A DNA stretch of 41,550 nucleotides, taken from positions 1 through 41,550 of IMG/VR virus record IMGVR_UViG_3300025368_000011. One strand, written 5' to 3'. The first letter of the stretch is position 1. Each line of letters begins with the position of its first letter. Made by a program: the position numbers and the translations under genes. A model generated the notes under the pieces. The model saw only the letters and a program-made list of their open reading frames with translations. It did no database searches and was not told the DNA's origin. Shown one piece after another: positions 23,937-33,704 of the stretch. This stretch comes from a virus. Taxonomy: Duplodnaviria; Caudoviricetes.

Positions 23937-25169
23937 ATGGCCGGTCTTGGCGATCTGTTTGGAAGTCTTGGCAGCGATTTACTTGGCGCGTACGGCACGT
24001 ACGACGCGGCCAAAGCAGGCAACACGGCTAATTCGGCGTATGGGCACGCCATTACGAGTGCGGGCGATACCTATAACATGGGTATCCCCGGCGTCACTGG
24101 ACCCGGAGGATTGTCCACCTCTCCCTTTTCTCCGGGTTCCGGTGGCGGTTTAAATATCAATCTTGGCGCCGCCGGCAATCAGGCGTATAGCGGATTTACT
24201 AATCTAGCTAATAATTCGCTTAACAAAATCAATAGCGGCGGCGTGGGGCTGCCAGCCGGCGTCATGCAGGCGCTACAGCAGCTTCAGTACTCCACTGGGC
24301 AAACTCCGCAGGGTACGCAAGGGTTTTTGTCTAACGTCGGCAATCAGGGCGCGGGCGGGCTTATTAATGCCGGAACCAGTACGCTTAACAACCCGCTAAT
24401 TGGGCAGGCGTTTGGCAACGCCGGTAATTTGCTTAACAGCGCCAACGGCGCGTATTCTTCCGCTTACAATAGCGCGCTTAATAGCCAGTTGGGTGTTTTG
24501 CAGAACCAGCAGGATCTTGCGCTAAACTCAAACAACAATCTGGAATTTGCGCAGGGGCGACTCGGCACCAGTGGCGGAGCGTTGCAGACCAAAGCGCTGG
24601 CGCAGGGGTTTGGTCTTGCCGACCTTCAGGCGCAGAACAACGCCGTCGGTTTGGCTAACAACGCCATGCAGACCAATTTCCTCGGAGCCAATACGGCCAA
24701 TAACATTGGCCTTGGTTTGCTTAATTCAGGCGGCAATCTGCTTAGCGCAGGCGGCAGTCTGGGCGCTAACATTGGTAACAGCATTTTTAACCAGAACGCG
24801 GCTATTAATCAAATTGGCGTTAATAACGCAAATACCAACTTTACCGGGCAGACTAGCGGTTCTATGTTGCCGGGCCAGCTTTCGTTGCAGCAGTTGCAGT
24901 TGGCGCTTGGCGGCATTAGCGGCAACACGGCGCTCAGCAACATTGGCAACAATTCCGCCGCGCTCGGACTTAGCGCGTACAACGATATTGCCAATAATCA
25001 GAACGCCGCAACTAAAAACCTATGGCAGTCGGGCTTTGCTATGCAGGGCGGCGGCGGCAGCGGCACGGGACAAGCGGCCGGGCAGATTAGCAACGGCAAC
25101 AGTGGTGGCGGCCTGTTGAATGACGTTGGCAGCCTTATTGGCAGCATTGGTTCTATTTTCGGGTTTTAA
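23937..25169 (+). CDS. Internal virion / DNA ejection (pilot-like) protein 1
   Basis: Gly/Asn/Gln/Ala-rich; QGRLGTSGG motif; amphipathic Gly-rich termini. Confidence 0.7.
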   Translation: MAGLGDLFGSLGSDLLGAYGTYDAAKAGNTANSAYGHAITSAGDTYNMGIPGVTGPGGLSTSPFSPGSGGGLNINLGAAGNQAYSGFTNLANNSLNKINSGGVGLPAGVMQALQQLQYSTGQTPQGTQGFLSNVGNQGAGGLINAGTSTLNNPLIGQAFGNAGNLLNSANGAYSSAYNSALNSQLGVLQNQQDLALNSNNNLEFAQGRLGTSGGALQTKALAQGFGLADLQAQNNAVGLANNAMQTNFLGANTANNIGLGLLNSGGNLLSAGGSLGANIGNSIFNQNAAINQIGVNNANTNFTGQTSGSMLPGQLSLQQLQLALGGISGNTALSNIGNNSAALGLSAYNDIANNQNAATKNLWQSGFAMQGGGGSGTGQAAGQISNGNSGGGLLNDVGSLIGSIGSIFGF

Positions 25170-25183
25170 TAAAGGATAAGGTA

Positions 25184-26602
25184 ATGGCGGACAGTCTAGC
25201 CGATTTTGATATTCAAGACCCGAACGACGTACGGTCCGCTCAGCAGCAGATGTACGCCAAAATGGCGGCTAATGGAGGCGCGGTACGCGCTAACATAGCG
25301 CAGGGCGTTAATGGCATGATGGGCAACCCGCAGTTGCGGCAGGCCAAGCAGATACAGGATACGTTTAAAAGCGTATTGACTGACGTTAACAACACGGCTC
25401 CGGATGACGAGGATCCGTTAGCGCGGCAGCTTCGCATTGCCGATCAGCTTTCGCGGCGGCTGTCTGTCGTATCGCCTCAGTTGGCTATTAAAGCCAACGA
25501 CCGCGTTATGCAGCTTAAGCAAGCGGAAAATCAGCAAGAACTGCTGGGGTTACAGAAAACCAAACTTCGTAACGATTTGACGGCGCAGACGGCCGAATTG
25601 GCGGGCAAACGCACTGTACTGGCGGAACAACCTAAACAAGACGAAACCGACGGTACGTGGTCAATGCCGGAGCCGTACAGCATCCTTAATCCAAACGACA
25701 GTGATTACGCTGAGCAGCTTGCCGCGGAAATGAACAAGGCTAAGCAGGAAGGCAAAATGGTGCTGCCCGTTGATGCAGATAAGTTTTTTGGCGGCAAGAC
25801 TCAGCTTGCCGTCATGTCTAACGACACAAAAAGCAGAAACGCGGATGTAAACGCACAGGCCAAGATACAGGCGGCACTTATTGCGGCGTCCGCGCGCCGC
25901 GACGCGGCTGGCGCTAGCGGCGATAAGCCTACGGCTAAAGAGGTCAACGACCTTAATAACGAGTCGCGCACGACGTATATGCTTGGTTCACAGGTATCAC
26001 AGCTTGCAAACTTTATTCGCAGCAATCCGGATGCTAAAACCGCTAGTGCAGGCGTTAGCAGTAGTCTTGCTAATCTTGCGACACAGGCGCAGGGCTTCCT
26101 TACGCCGTCAGCACAGCAGACGCTTGATTCCGGGGACGTTGCGACTAAGGGTCCGCAGTATAAAGCCATGGTTACGGGGCTGGCGTGGATCATCGCGCGA
26201 TCCGGCGTAGGTTCCAGCAACCGACTTACTAACGTCGAAATTGACCAAGCGCGGTCTATGCTTGGCGATAACCCGAACGCGGGGTCGCTGTTGCGCGTAC
26301 TGGACAATATGATGGAGTCCAAAGAAAATACGTGGTCGCGTTATTTGGACCTTAGCCGCAATCTTAAGAGCGACGATGCGTCTGTTAGCGTCCACGGGCT
26401 TGCGCTGGACAATATACGGGCAGCGCGGGCTGCCGTAAAGGACGCGCTTACCGCAACCAGCGGCGGCAAGCCGCAGCCGACCCGGCCGGGGCAGGCGACT
26501 AGCGGTCGCGTTCGCGTTATAGGGCCGGACGGCAGAACCGGCACTATTCCGGCAGAGCAGCTTAACTCTGCAATAGCGAGTGGTTACAAAAAGGCTGAAT
26601 AA
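25184..26602 (+). CDS. Internal virion / ejection protein 2
   Basis: Helical, Ala/Gln-rich; C-terminal VRVIGPDGRTGTIP....AI..GY motif. Confidence 0.7.
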   Translation: MADSLADFDIQDPNDVRSAQQQMYAKMAANGGAVRANIAQGVNGMMGNPQLRQAKQIQDTFKSVLTDVNNTAPDDEDPLARQLRIADQLSRRLSVVSPQLAIKANDRVMQLKQAENQQELLGLQKTKLRNDLTAQTAELAGKRTVLAEQPKQDETDGTWSMPEPYSILNPNDSDYAEQLAAEMNKAKQEGKMVLPVDADKFFGGKTQLAVMSNDTKSRNADVNAQAKIQAALIAASARRDAAGASGDKPTAKEVNDLNNESRTTYMLGSQVSQLANFIRSNPDAKTASAGVSSSLANLATQAQGFLTPSAQQTLDSGDVATKGPQYKAMVTGLAWIIARSGVGSSNRLTNVEIDQARSMLGDNPNAGSLLRVLDNMMESKENTWSRYLDLSRNLKSDDASVSVHGLALDNIRAARAAVKDALTATSGGKPQPTRPGQATSGRVRVIGPDGRTGTIPAEQLNSAIASGYKKAE

Positions 26603-26604
26603 GT

Positions 26605-28941
26605 ATGCCAGCAGATTCTTTTGATTTTCAGCCTGAACTGGATTTTCAGCCGGAAGGGCACGTTAACAAAGGTACGACGGTTGCGCCAATTAACGACAGT
26701 TGGGGAGCGCGCGCCACGTCGCTCGGGCGTGGGCTTGTGGCAGCCGGGGGCGATTTGGCTGGCATGGCTGTTGACACGTTTAATAACGCCAACCGCGTTG
26801 TCACGGCAGCCGCCGGATTGCCGTATCTGCTGAGCGGCCATGCGGCCGACGCTCCGACGTGGATTACGGACAATGGGCCGTGGAATCACTCGGATAACGT
26901 CGTTATGTCCAGTCGCTGGGCAAAAAACAAAATATCAGATATTACGGGTATTGGTCAAGGCGCGGTAGACCCGCGCGATCCGGCACAGCGGTATATCCAC
27001 GCCATTGCAGAAGCATCGGCCGGAGCGGCTCTTATGTCCCCTAGCGCCCCGCTGGTTAGCGCCGCGCTTGCTGCCGTCGGCGGTACGGCCGGGCAGGCCG
27101 TGGCGGACGTAGGGGGCGGGCCGGACGCACAGCTATTAGCGTCTCTGGCTGCCGGACATGCCGCAGGAGCGCCTGTCACTGCCGTGGCGGGCAGAGCACC
27201 CGCCTATAACGGCGAGACAATGCAAGCCCTTACAGAGCGTTTAAGCGGCAAAGCCGGTACGCAGGGCGGAGCGGGCGGCTGGCTATCCCGGTCTATTGAG
27301 GGGGTATTGGCTAAGGCCCCCGGCTCCATGGAGCAGATTCACGACGCCGTGCGGGAAGTCCAGACGGGCATCCGGGCGCGCGTCAGCGGTATTCTGGACA
27401 ATCTGACCGCCGATACGTCGCCTACGGCGGGCGGTGAGGCCGTGACGGTTGGCGCGCCAGTCCTGTCCGAAAACAAGCGGGCGGAGACTAAGGCGGCGTA
27501 CGATCAGTTTGAAGCTGCGCCAAAGAACAACGCTACGGTTAACCTGAAGAATATCTTTAGTGTGCTTAAAGAGGCGTACACAGGAATTGCGGATATGGCG
27601 GCTACGTCGTCCGTAATCCGGACGGGTACGCAGGCGCATCTTGAGGATTTGCACCGAGGGCTGGCTACGGACGCAGCCATTTACGGATTGCGGCAGGCTG
27701 GCGTTAACCCAGTCCATCCGGACGACCTTTTGCCCACACCGGCTAAATTGCCGGATAATGTACAAGAAATTAAAGGTAGTCCGCTGGGTGACGGATTTCT
27801 TGTGGACAACCGCCGCTGGGTTAAAGCGGAAGACGCTCCAGCCGCGTGGAAGCCGCAAGATCCGCTGTACAAGCCGGACGACGTTGTAACTTTGCATACG
27901 CGCGATGCAAAGGGCAATTACGCTACGCTACAGTTTCTTAAAGACGAAGCCAACCCCATTTTGGCCGACGTGCAGGCGCAGCCCGTCCTACCGTTTGACA
28001 GTATGTACGAGTTTCATCGGCGGATTGGGCAGCGGCTGGGCAATCGCAATTTGCTGGCTAACGAAAATATAGATCAGGGCGCGCTAACCCGTGTATGGGC
28101 AGCCAGCAAAGACGCAACCGAAACAGCATTGGCGCAGACGCCGGGCGCTGCGCGCAATCTGCTGAATCGCGCTAACAGTTTGTATTCTGACGAACTGGCT
28201 ACGAACGATAAACTGGATTCGCTGGTTAACCGTGGGCAAACGCCGGAATCCGTGTTTACCGGAGCCATTAGCGAAACGCGCACGGGCGCGACCAAGTTTA
28301 ATCTTGCGCTTAAAGCCGCAACGGCCAGCGGCCCGTTGGGCGGGCGTCAGTTTGTCGCCAGTTTTCTGGATCATCTTGGCAATTTTACGGAAATACCGGA
28401 AGAAGCCAATCTGAACAACGGCTGGACAACGGCGAAGTTTACGAGGAATTGGGAAAAACTGGACCCGTCTGTGCGGGCTAGTGTGGGCGAGATTCTTGGC
28501 CCTCAGTATATGCAGGATTTGAACGACATATCCGCGTGGCAAAAGGGAATGGCGGCTAACCGCCTTTACAGCAACCCGTCGGGTACGGGGCAGGCTACGG
28601 CTCACGCTAAATTGGCGGGCGGTATCCTAAAGGGTACGGCAACGGTTGGCGCTATGGCGCTTGAGGCGCTTAGCACGGGGCACGTTGTGCCCGGCGCAGG
28701 TACTGCCGTAGCCGCAACGGCCGGATATCTGGCAGCCCCAATCGTAGCGCAGACAGCGGCTAAGTTAATGACGAATCCGACGTTTGTGCGCTGGATGGCG
28801 TCTACTAAAGAATTGCCGCCGTCGGCACTGCCTGCTGCTTCCGCTGCATTGGTGCAGATGGGGCAGCAAAAGAAAAACAAGGAAATGGTACAGTTTGGAC
28901 AGGCGTTGGCAGAGTCAGCCAACGGAGAGGGTGGACAATAA
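26605..28941 (+). CDS. Internal virion / ejection protein 3
   Basis: 778 aa; Ala/Gly hydrophobic segments; NPSGT and KLMTNP.FVRW motifs; N-terminal DFQPE duplication. Confidence 0.7.
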   Translation: MPADSFDFQPELDFQPEGHVNKGTTVAPINDSWGARATSLGRGLVAAGGDLAGMAVDTFNNANRVVTAAAGLPYLLSGHAADAPTWITDNGPWNHSDNVVMSSRWAKNKISDITGIGQGAVDPRDPAQRYIHAIAEASAGAALMSPSAPLVSAALAAVGGTAGQAVADVGGGPDAQLLASLAAGHAAGAPVTAVAGRAPAYNGETMQALTERLSGKAGTQGGAGGWLSRSIEGVLAKAPGSMEQIHDAVREVQTGIRARVSGILDNLTADTSPTAGGEAVTVGAPVLSENKRAETKAAYDQFEAAPKNNATVNLKNIFSVLKEAYTGIADMAATSSVIRTGTQAHLEDLHRGLATDAAIYGLRQAGVNPVHPDDLLPTPAKLPDNVQEIKGSPLGDGFLVDNRRWVKAEDAPAAWKPQDPLYKPDDVVTLHTRDAKGNYATLQFLKDEANPILADVQAQPVLPFDSMYEFHRRIGQRLGNRNLLANENIDQGALTRVWAASKDATETALAQTPGAARNLLNRANSLYSDELATNDKLDSLVNRGQTPESVFTGAISETRTGATKFNLALKAATASGPLGGRQFVASFLDHLGNFTEIPEEANLNNGWTTAKFTRNWEKLDPSVRASVGEILGPQYMQDLNDISAWQKGMAANRLYSNPSGTGQATAHAKLAGGILKGTATVGAMALEALSTGHVVPGAGTAVAATAGYLAAPIVAQTAAKLMTNPTFVRWMASTKELPPSALPAASAALVQMGQQKKNKEMVQFGQALAESANGEGGQ

Positions 28942-29417
28942 TGATTACGTCAATTATCGGGCTTATTACGGGCGGCGTAAGCCGCCTTCTTCCTGAAGTT
29001 CTTAGCTTCATCAATAAGAAGGCGGATATGGCGCATGAGATTGCCCTTGGCGCGCAGCAGATCGAGTTGGCGAAAGTCAACGGGGCGATCCAGCAGAGCG
29101 CACAAGTTGAGAAGGACTCGACTGAGAATTTTGGCACTGCGGTCGCGGCGCTCCAAGAAGCCTATAAGTCGATGCAGACTACGGGCGTCAAGTGGGTTGA
29201 TGCGCTCAACGGTCTTATCAGACCATACTATACTATTATCTTTATTCATGTATGGTTGCTCGTTAAGCTGGCGGCGTACAACCAGCTAATTGGTTCCGGT
29301 ATTACGTGGGATCACGCGCTGACTACACTGTGGACCGAGGAAGATCAGGCATTGTTTGCGGCTATTGCAAATTTCTGGTTCCTCGGCCGAGTGTTTGACA
29401 AGGTATTTAAGCGCTAA
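28941..29417 (+). CDS. Membrane protein next to the endolysin (holin-like)
   Basis: GAGGG RBS; WVDALNGLIRP + TM ... FWFLGR pattern. Confidence 0.65.
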   Translation: MITSIIGLITGGVSRLLPEVLSFINKKADMAHEIALGAQQIELAKVNGAIQQSAQVEKDSTENFGTAVAALQEAYKSMQTTGVKWVDALNGLIRPYYTIIFIHVWLLVKLAAYNQLIGSGITWDHALTTLWTEEDQALFAAIANFWFLGRVFDKVFKR

Positions 29418-29463
29418 CCCGAACGTCCGCATATGGCGGGCAATACTTGGGGATTACCGGAAA

Positions 29464-29913
29464 ATGGTGTTTATAAGAATTGTGGAACGCCTCGTCCAAA
29501 AAGTTGAGGGACTCAAGACTGCGGCGTACCTCGACCCCGTAGGTATTTGGACGATTGGGTACGGGCACACCGGACCCGAAGTTGTTCGCGGGCTGGTCTG
29601 GACGCAGGATCAGTGTAAAGCAGCCATGGCCGGGGATATTGAGCGTGCTGCGAACGCCGTGCGGCGAATTTGCCCACGCCTTTTTGGTGAAAGCGACAAT
29701 AAGATTGCCGCTATTGTCGATTTCGTATTCAACGTAGGAATAGGTCGGTTCTACGCTTCCACCCTTCGGCGTAACATTAATAGCGGGGATTTCGGCAGCG
29801 TCCCCGCCGAACTCCAGAAATGGCGATTTGCCGGTGGGCGTGTGTTGCCCGGACTTGTTATCCGTAGACATTATGAATCTCTCCTGTGGAATGGTTACGA
29901 CTGTGTTAACTGA
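29464..29913 (+). CDS. Endolysin, GH24 (T4/P21-like) lysozyme
   Basis: EG...AYLDPVGIWTIGYGHT (E-8x-D-5x-T triad), FVFNVG, STL and LPGLVIRR; start uncertain. Confidence 0.92.
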   Translation: MVFIRIVERLVQKVEGLKTAAYLDPVGIWTIGYGHTGPEVVRGLVWTQDQCKAAMAGDIERAANAVRRICPRLFGESDNKIAAIVDFVFNVGIGRFYASTLRRNINSGDFGSVPAELQKWRFAGGRVLPGLVIRRHYESLLWNGYDCVN

Positions 29914-30394
29914 TAGTCAGCAGAAAGCCGTTTACAAATGGGAAGACGAATGGCCTAGCTGGAACGTCAAAAATCTGGAACGTCATGAATGTTGCCAGCT
30001 AATTGAGTGGGCGCACAATTTGTATCGTCTCCCTCAGCCGACTGCAATACGTTTCCGTCGGGCAAAATGCGGAAAGACTTGGTATGACCCCGTAGATCAC
30101 TCAATTGACCTGTCGCAGAAGGCTCGAAACACGGCCACTGTACTTCATGAAGCGGCACATTCAATTCACACGTTAGTAACAGGACACGACGCCCATGAGG
30201 CGCATGGCCCTGAGTGGCTGTCAATTTATTTGTGCCTTCTATTGAAAGCCGGAGTTGCATCACGTCGTGCTTTAACATTGTCCGCCAAAGATGCCGGATT
30301 GAGCTATCGACCGATAGCGCTTCATATGCCGTCTCGCATAAAGCGGCATTATGCTGCTTTGTATCGAAAAGCGAAAGCTGAATGGGATCATTAA
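29891..30394 (+). CDS. Zincin-like (SprT-like) HExxH protein
   Basis: TVLHEAAH...HGPEW. Confidence 0.7.
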   Translation: MVTTVLTDSQQKAVYKWEDEWPSWNVKNLERHECCQLIEWAHNLYRLPQPTAIRFRRAKCGKTWYDPVDHSIDLSQKARNTATVLHEAAHSIHTLVTGHDAHEAHGPEWLSIYLCLLLKAGVASRRALTLSAKDAGLSYRPIALHMPSRIKRHYAALYRKAKAEWDH

Positions 30395-30918
30395 TCACGT
30401 TCATCTTCAGATAGCCCCGTAAACAATTTGTGCCACCTAGAAGCCGCCGCCTTGGCGGCTTTTTCTTTGGCGCGAATAATTACCAACTCGTTAGCCGCCG
30501 CATCCGCCGCCAAAAGCGCTGCCATCCACTGACTTTTCGCCCATTGTACTGGGTCTTCAACAACGTGTCCAGCATTGACTGCGTTTGATACAGGTCCGCT
30601 AGCTCCCTGCTCCACAGACTCGGACTGAATATCCCGTTTGGCGCGCATGGCGCGGTCACGGGCTTCCTGCGTAGCCGCCTGAGCATCCAGCACAATCTGT
30701 TCTTTAACCGCGTCAACCCATAGCATACGCGCTTTGCGGAGACCGTCAGGCATAACCCAATCGGATTCGATTTGACGGCCGGACGGTAGTGTAGCATGAA
30801 ATTTAACCCTGCCGTCATCCGCAGTCTCCGTAGAAGACATATTAAGAATATCGCCGTCGTTAATGTCAGCGGTTTCGACAGACGGTACCGAAAAATCATC
30901 ATCACCGATACGGGCCAT
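30391..30918 (-). CDS. Hypothetical helical protein, last gene of the replication arm
   Basis: Coupled start; stop overlaps the convergent gene's stop. Confidence 0.7.
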   Translation of the reverse strand: MARIGDDDFSVPSVETADINDGDILNMSSTETADDGRVKFHATLPSGRQIESDWVMPDGLRKARMLWVDAVKEQIVLDAQAATQEARDRAMRAKRDIQSESVEQGASGPVSNAVNAGHVVEDPVQWAKSQWMAALLAADAAANELVIIRAKEKAAKAAASRWHKLFTGLSEDERD

Positions 30919-31670
30919 TATAGCTTCTTCCTGTGTGATTCATAAGCACAGCCGCACTTGTTACAGCGTCGGCGGAATACTTCAAAAGTCTTAGTACGAC
31001 GGCTGTCATGAGACTTTGTATGAGCATTGCCACAACTAGGGCAGCGCAGAGCACTATTACCGGGGACAGGCCGACCAAGATAAGGATGGTTACGCATGAG
31101 AGGACGAAGGCCGTAATAGACTTCTTCGAGAACCTTAATATCGTTGACATTGTATTTAAGTAGTTCCGTAATAGCTGCCTTGTCACCATACTGTGCAAGT
31201 AACCACTTCGCCCAAGGCAAATGAGTCTTTGAAAATCTCGAACCGATTGCACTTGCCACAGAATCCATAGAGTTCCGTGCGAGCTTCAATTGCGAACGCG
31301 CCGTCTTCCACGGGTCGATCACCGTGAATGGAACAGGAGGGGGCATACCGTTGATAATAGCGCGCGTATTGACATACGGAACATCGAACCCGGAACCATA
31401 GTATGCCAACACTGCATCCGCCTCCTCTAGAAACGGGATCAGCCCCGAGAGGATAGCCGAGTCGTCTACAAAGGAAGCCGGGGTCGTCCCAAAATTCTCG
31501 CTTTCGTCGATCCGCCATGTGTAAAACTCCCGCTCGCCAACCCACTTACCGGCGGCACAAATAATGTGCCCACGGTTGGCGTCAAGACTTGACGTTTCGA
31601 GGTCAAACGCAAAAATCTTGCCGTTAGGCTTAGCTCGCAAAATATGATTATTCCGTGATCGTGTCGTCAT
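30918..31670 (-). CDS. RNase H-fold DEDD exonuclease-like protein with C-terminal zinc ribbon
   Basis: FDLET, YGSGFDVPY and YNVNDI motifs; CPSC...CNKC; AGGAG RBS. Confidence 0.85.
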   Translation of the reverse strand: MTTRSRNNHILRAKPNGKIFAFDLETSSLDANRGHIICAAGKWVGEREFYTWRIDESENFGTTPASFVDDSAILSGLIPFLEEADAVLAYYGSGFDVPYVNTRAIINGMPPPVPFTVIDPWKTARSQLKLARNSMDSVASAIGSRFSKTHLPWAKWLLAQYGDKAAITELLKYNVNDIKVLEEVYYGLRPLMRNHPYLGRPVPGNSALRCPSCGNAHTKSHDSRRTKTFEVFRRRCNKCGCAYESHRKKL

Positions 31671-31821
31671 CGTATACTCCTAGAAGCGCCAGCGCGTCTT
31701 TAAACTTTGCCTTTAAATCGTCGTCAATAAGCCGCTCTGTTTCCATAGCGTGCTGCACTTCTTGAAGAAGATCCACAATTTCGTCAACTTCATACGGACG
31801 AAGCGTAAGAACGGACGGCAT
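31648..31821 (-). CDS. Small acidic hypothetical protein, 57 aa (MPSVLTLRPYEVDE...), absent from the ORF track
   Basis: ATG coupled to the upstream TAA; open to TAA at 31648; fills the operon gap. Confidence 0.7.
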   Translation of the reverse strand: MPSVLTLRPYEVDEIVDLLQEVQHAMETERLIDDDLKAKFKDALALLGVYDDDTITE

Positions 31822-32462
31822 TAGCCGTTGTCGCGCAGCGCCCGCCGCCGCGCCTCCTGATTCGCCCCAAGATCCAAAACTAGTCGTTCCACCCGAGTGT
31901 ATAACGTATCCAGATTGTAGTCGTTAACGATAACGCCAGAGACAAGATTAGTCGGAATACCGTATTCGGATGCGTGAGTCGCCACTGGAGCCACGTCAGG
32001 GCGCTCGATACGAATAATGACACCACCCATGTTAACAATGTGCTGTGCCTCATTGGCGTACCTCACGTCAGATACGACGACGCGCTTTCCCTCCGCCGTA
32101 ACGGCAGCCGCGTTGCGCGAAAATATGGAAAGCCAAATGGTCTGAGCAACGCAATTTCGGCCCCACTCGGTACCAAGCGTCTGTGCAAGCTGACGCGGGC
32201 TTCGACCAATCCAATCAATGACGCGCTCCTTCGCCACCCGATCCTCCCATACAGCGGGGTCAATTCCAAAGCCAGCATTAAGCATAGCCTTGATAGGAGC
32301 CGCGAAGCTAAGCTGCTCATACTTGTACTGCCTCGAAAGATAGAGAGCGGCGGAGTCCTTGCCGACGCCAGCCTGTCCGGTAAAGCCAACGATAGGCGGA
32401 AGGTGTAGATTGGTTGCCTTAAAACTCTTTTCGATTGATTTCATGTAAGCGTCAGCGTACAT
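31821..32462 (-). CDS. Deoxynucleoside monophosphate kinase
   Basis: GQAGVGKD P-loop, SFAAPIK, R.L.Q.LGTEWGR, DVRY.NE and H.SE motifs. Confidence 0.92.
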   Translation of the reverse strand: MYADAYMKSIEKSFKATNLHLPPIVGFTGQAGVGKDSAALYLSRQYKYEQLSFAAPIKAMLNAGFGIDPAVWEDRVAKERVIDWIGRSPRQLAQTLGTEWGRNCVAQTIWLSIFSRNAAAVTAEGKRVVVSDVRYANEAQHIVNMGGVIIRIERPDVAPVATHASEYGIPTNLVSGVIVNDYNLDTLYTRVERLVLDLGANQEARRRALRDNG

Positions 32463-32736
32463 TTTTGTTTCTCTCCTTTTGTGTCGTAATGTGCTTGGCT
32501 AGCTGGTACACGTAGCGAGGGCACGTTTTCTTAAGTACAAGGATGCGGCCACGGCCGCTCTGCTTTACTTCGTAATCCTTTTCCGCGTGCGGGGTCTGAT
32601 AACCGCTGAACGCCCGTAAACCTGCCCGAAGTTTTTTGAACTTGTTTGAGTGCGGCTTTTTTCGGGATAGACCCAATCTAGTTTTGCGTCCCCTTTCCAT
32701 ATCATGTACGGTATCTTTAGGTATCGGGCTGTCCAT
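32452..32736 (-). CDS. Possible small basic protein (start uncertain)
   Basis: Fills the 32462-32565 gap but overlaps the endonuclease 3' end. Confidence 0.4.
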   Translation of the reverse strand: MDSPIPKDTVHDMERGRKTRLGLSRKKPHSNKFKKLRAGLRAFSGYQTPHAEKDYEVKQSGRGRILVLKKTCPRYVYQLAKHITTQKERNKNVR

Positions 32737-33155
32737 GTGCTGATTCGTCCTTTGTTGACTTTGTAATCGGCTTGGTAAATGATGCGCAGATCAATGTCCG
32801 GTCTGGACTTGACGAGACTTCTGAGAAGGCTACGTTCGGAAGCCCTAAGATACCCTTTAGCTTCGATGAAATATCCGCTAACGTTACGTTCCGGTGAATC
32901 GGCGCTTTCAGTACGGATATAAAAATCCGCCGTATATGTCCTGTGTTTACTGATTTTAGAAGATCCGCAGTCTCCACAGGTAGCCATCCGTACAGGATCC
33001 GTGTAGGAAATGGTATGATTTCCGCGCTCGCACCTTTCCACAGGAATGTTCGCATCATTCAGCACGCTCCATATCTGGTATTCAAACCGGCTATCCCAGA
33101 CGGTTCCAGTGGGGTCCGTAAAATGCCGGTCGCTTTTACTTTTTATTTTAGCCAT
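32565..33155 (-). CDS. Endonuclease I-like Holliday junction resolvase (T7 gp3 type) with inserted CxxC
   Basis: SRFE, YTADF, IEAKG and DIDLRIIY motifs. Confidence 0.85.
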   Translation of the reverse strand: MAKIKSKSDRHFTDPTGTVWDSRFEYQIWSVLNDANIPVERCERGNHTISYTDPVRMATCGDCGSSKISKHRTYTADFYIRTESADSPERNVSGYFIEAKGYLRASERSLLRSLVKSRPDIDLRIIYQADYKVNKGRISTWTARYLKIPYMIWKGDAKLDWVYPEKSRTQTSSKNFGQVYGRSAVIRPRTRKRITK

Positions 33156-33427
33156 CGTTTACGCGCTTCCATACTTGCTAAACATCCAAGCGCCGCACTG
33201 GTTCCGACAGTAAGACAAAGAATCCAGCTAACCCCATGCTGAGCATAGCGACTAACAAGAAAAATATCACCAAGGGCCATAAGATAGCTTGTGAAGAAAA
33301 CAGCAGTACGAGCGTTATGCACAACATTAAGCTGCTGAAAAGCCCGAAGACCAACGTAGCAGAAATTAGCAACAGCAATTCCAAGTATTTCATTAATAGG
33401 TGTCATGCTGGCTGTCAATGGATTCAT
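33143..33427 (-). CDS. Small multi-TM membrane protein
   Basis: Three hydrophobic segments; LRAFQQLNV motif. Confidence 0.65.
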   Translation of the reverse strand: MNPLTASMTPINEILGIAVANFCYVGLRAFQQLNVVHNARTAVFFTSYLMALGDIFLVSRYAQHGVSWILCLTVGTSAALGCLASMEARKRWLK

Positions 33428-33704
33428 TGGCTAGATCACGCTCAAACAGTTCGGCGTGAGTAAGATGATTAATGGCAAGGAGCACGTCAGACGGAATATG
33501 GCTAAGTTCCCACGTCCAATAATCATACATATAACTTGCCCAAAGGCTGTCTAGGTCGTTGGGGAATTCCACAACTGATTCGGATACTCCTGCAATTTTA
33601 CGAGGCGGGCCATCTCCAATGCGATATCCTTCGCTGGCCTGTTTTTGTACTCGCATTTCGGCAGTTTCTGCGACTTCGCGTACAATGTTACGATCAGATT
33701 CCAC
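33393..33704 (-). CDS. Possible small hypothetical protein (true start probably near 33575)
   Basis: Fills the gap between the exonuclease and the membrane protein. Confidence 0.4.
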   Translation of the reverse strand: MESDRNIVREVAETAEMRVQKQASEGYRIGDGPPRKIAGVSESVVEFPNDLDSLWASYMYDYWTWELSHIPSDVLLAINHLTHAELFERDLANESIDSQHDTY

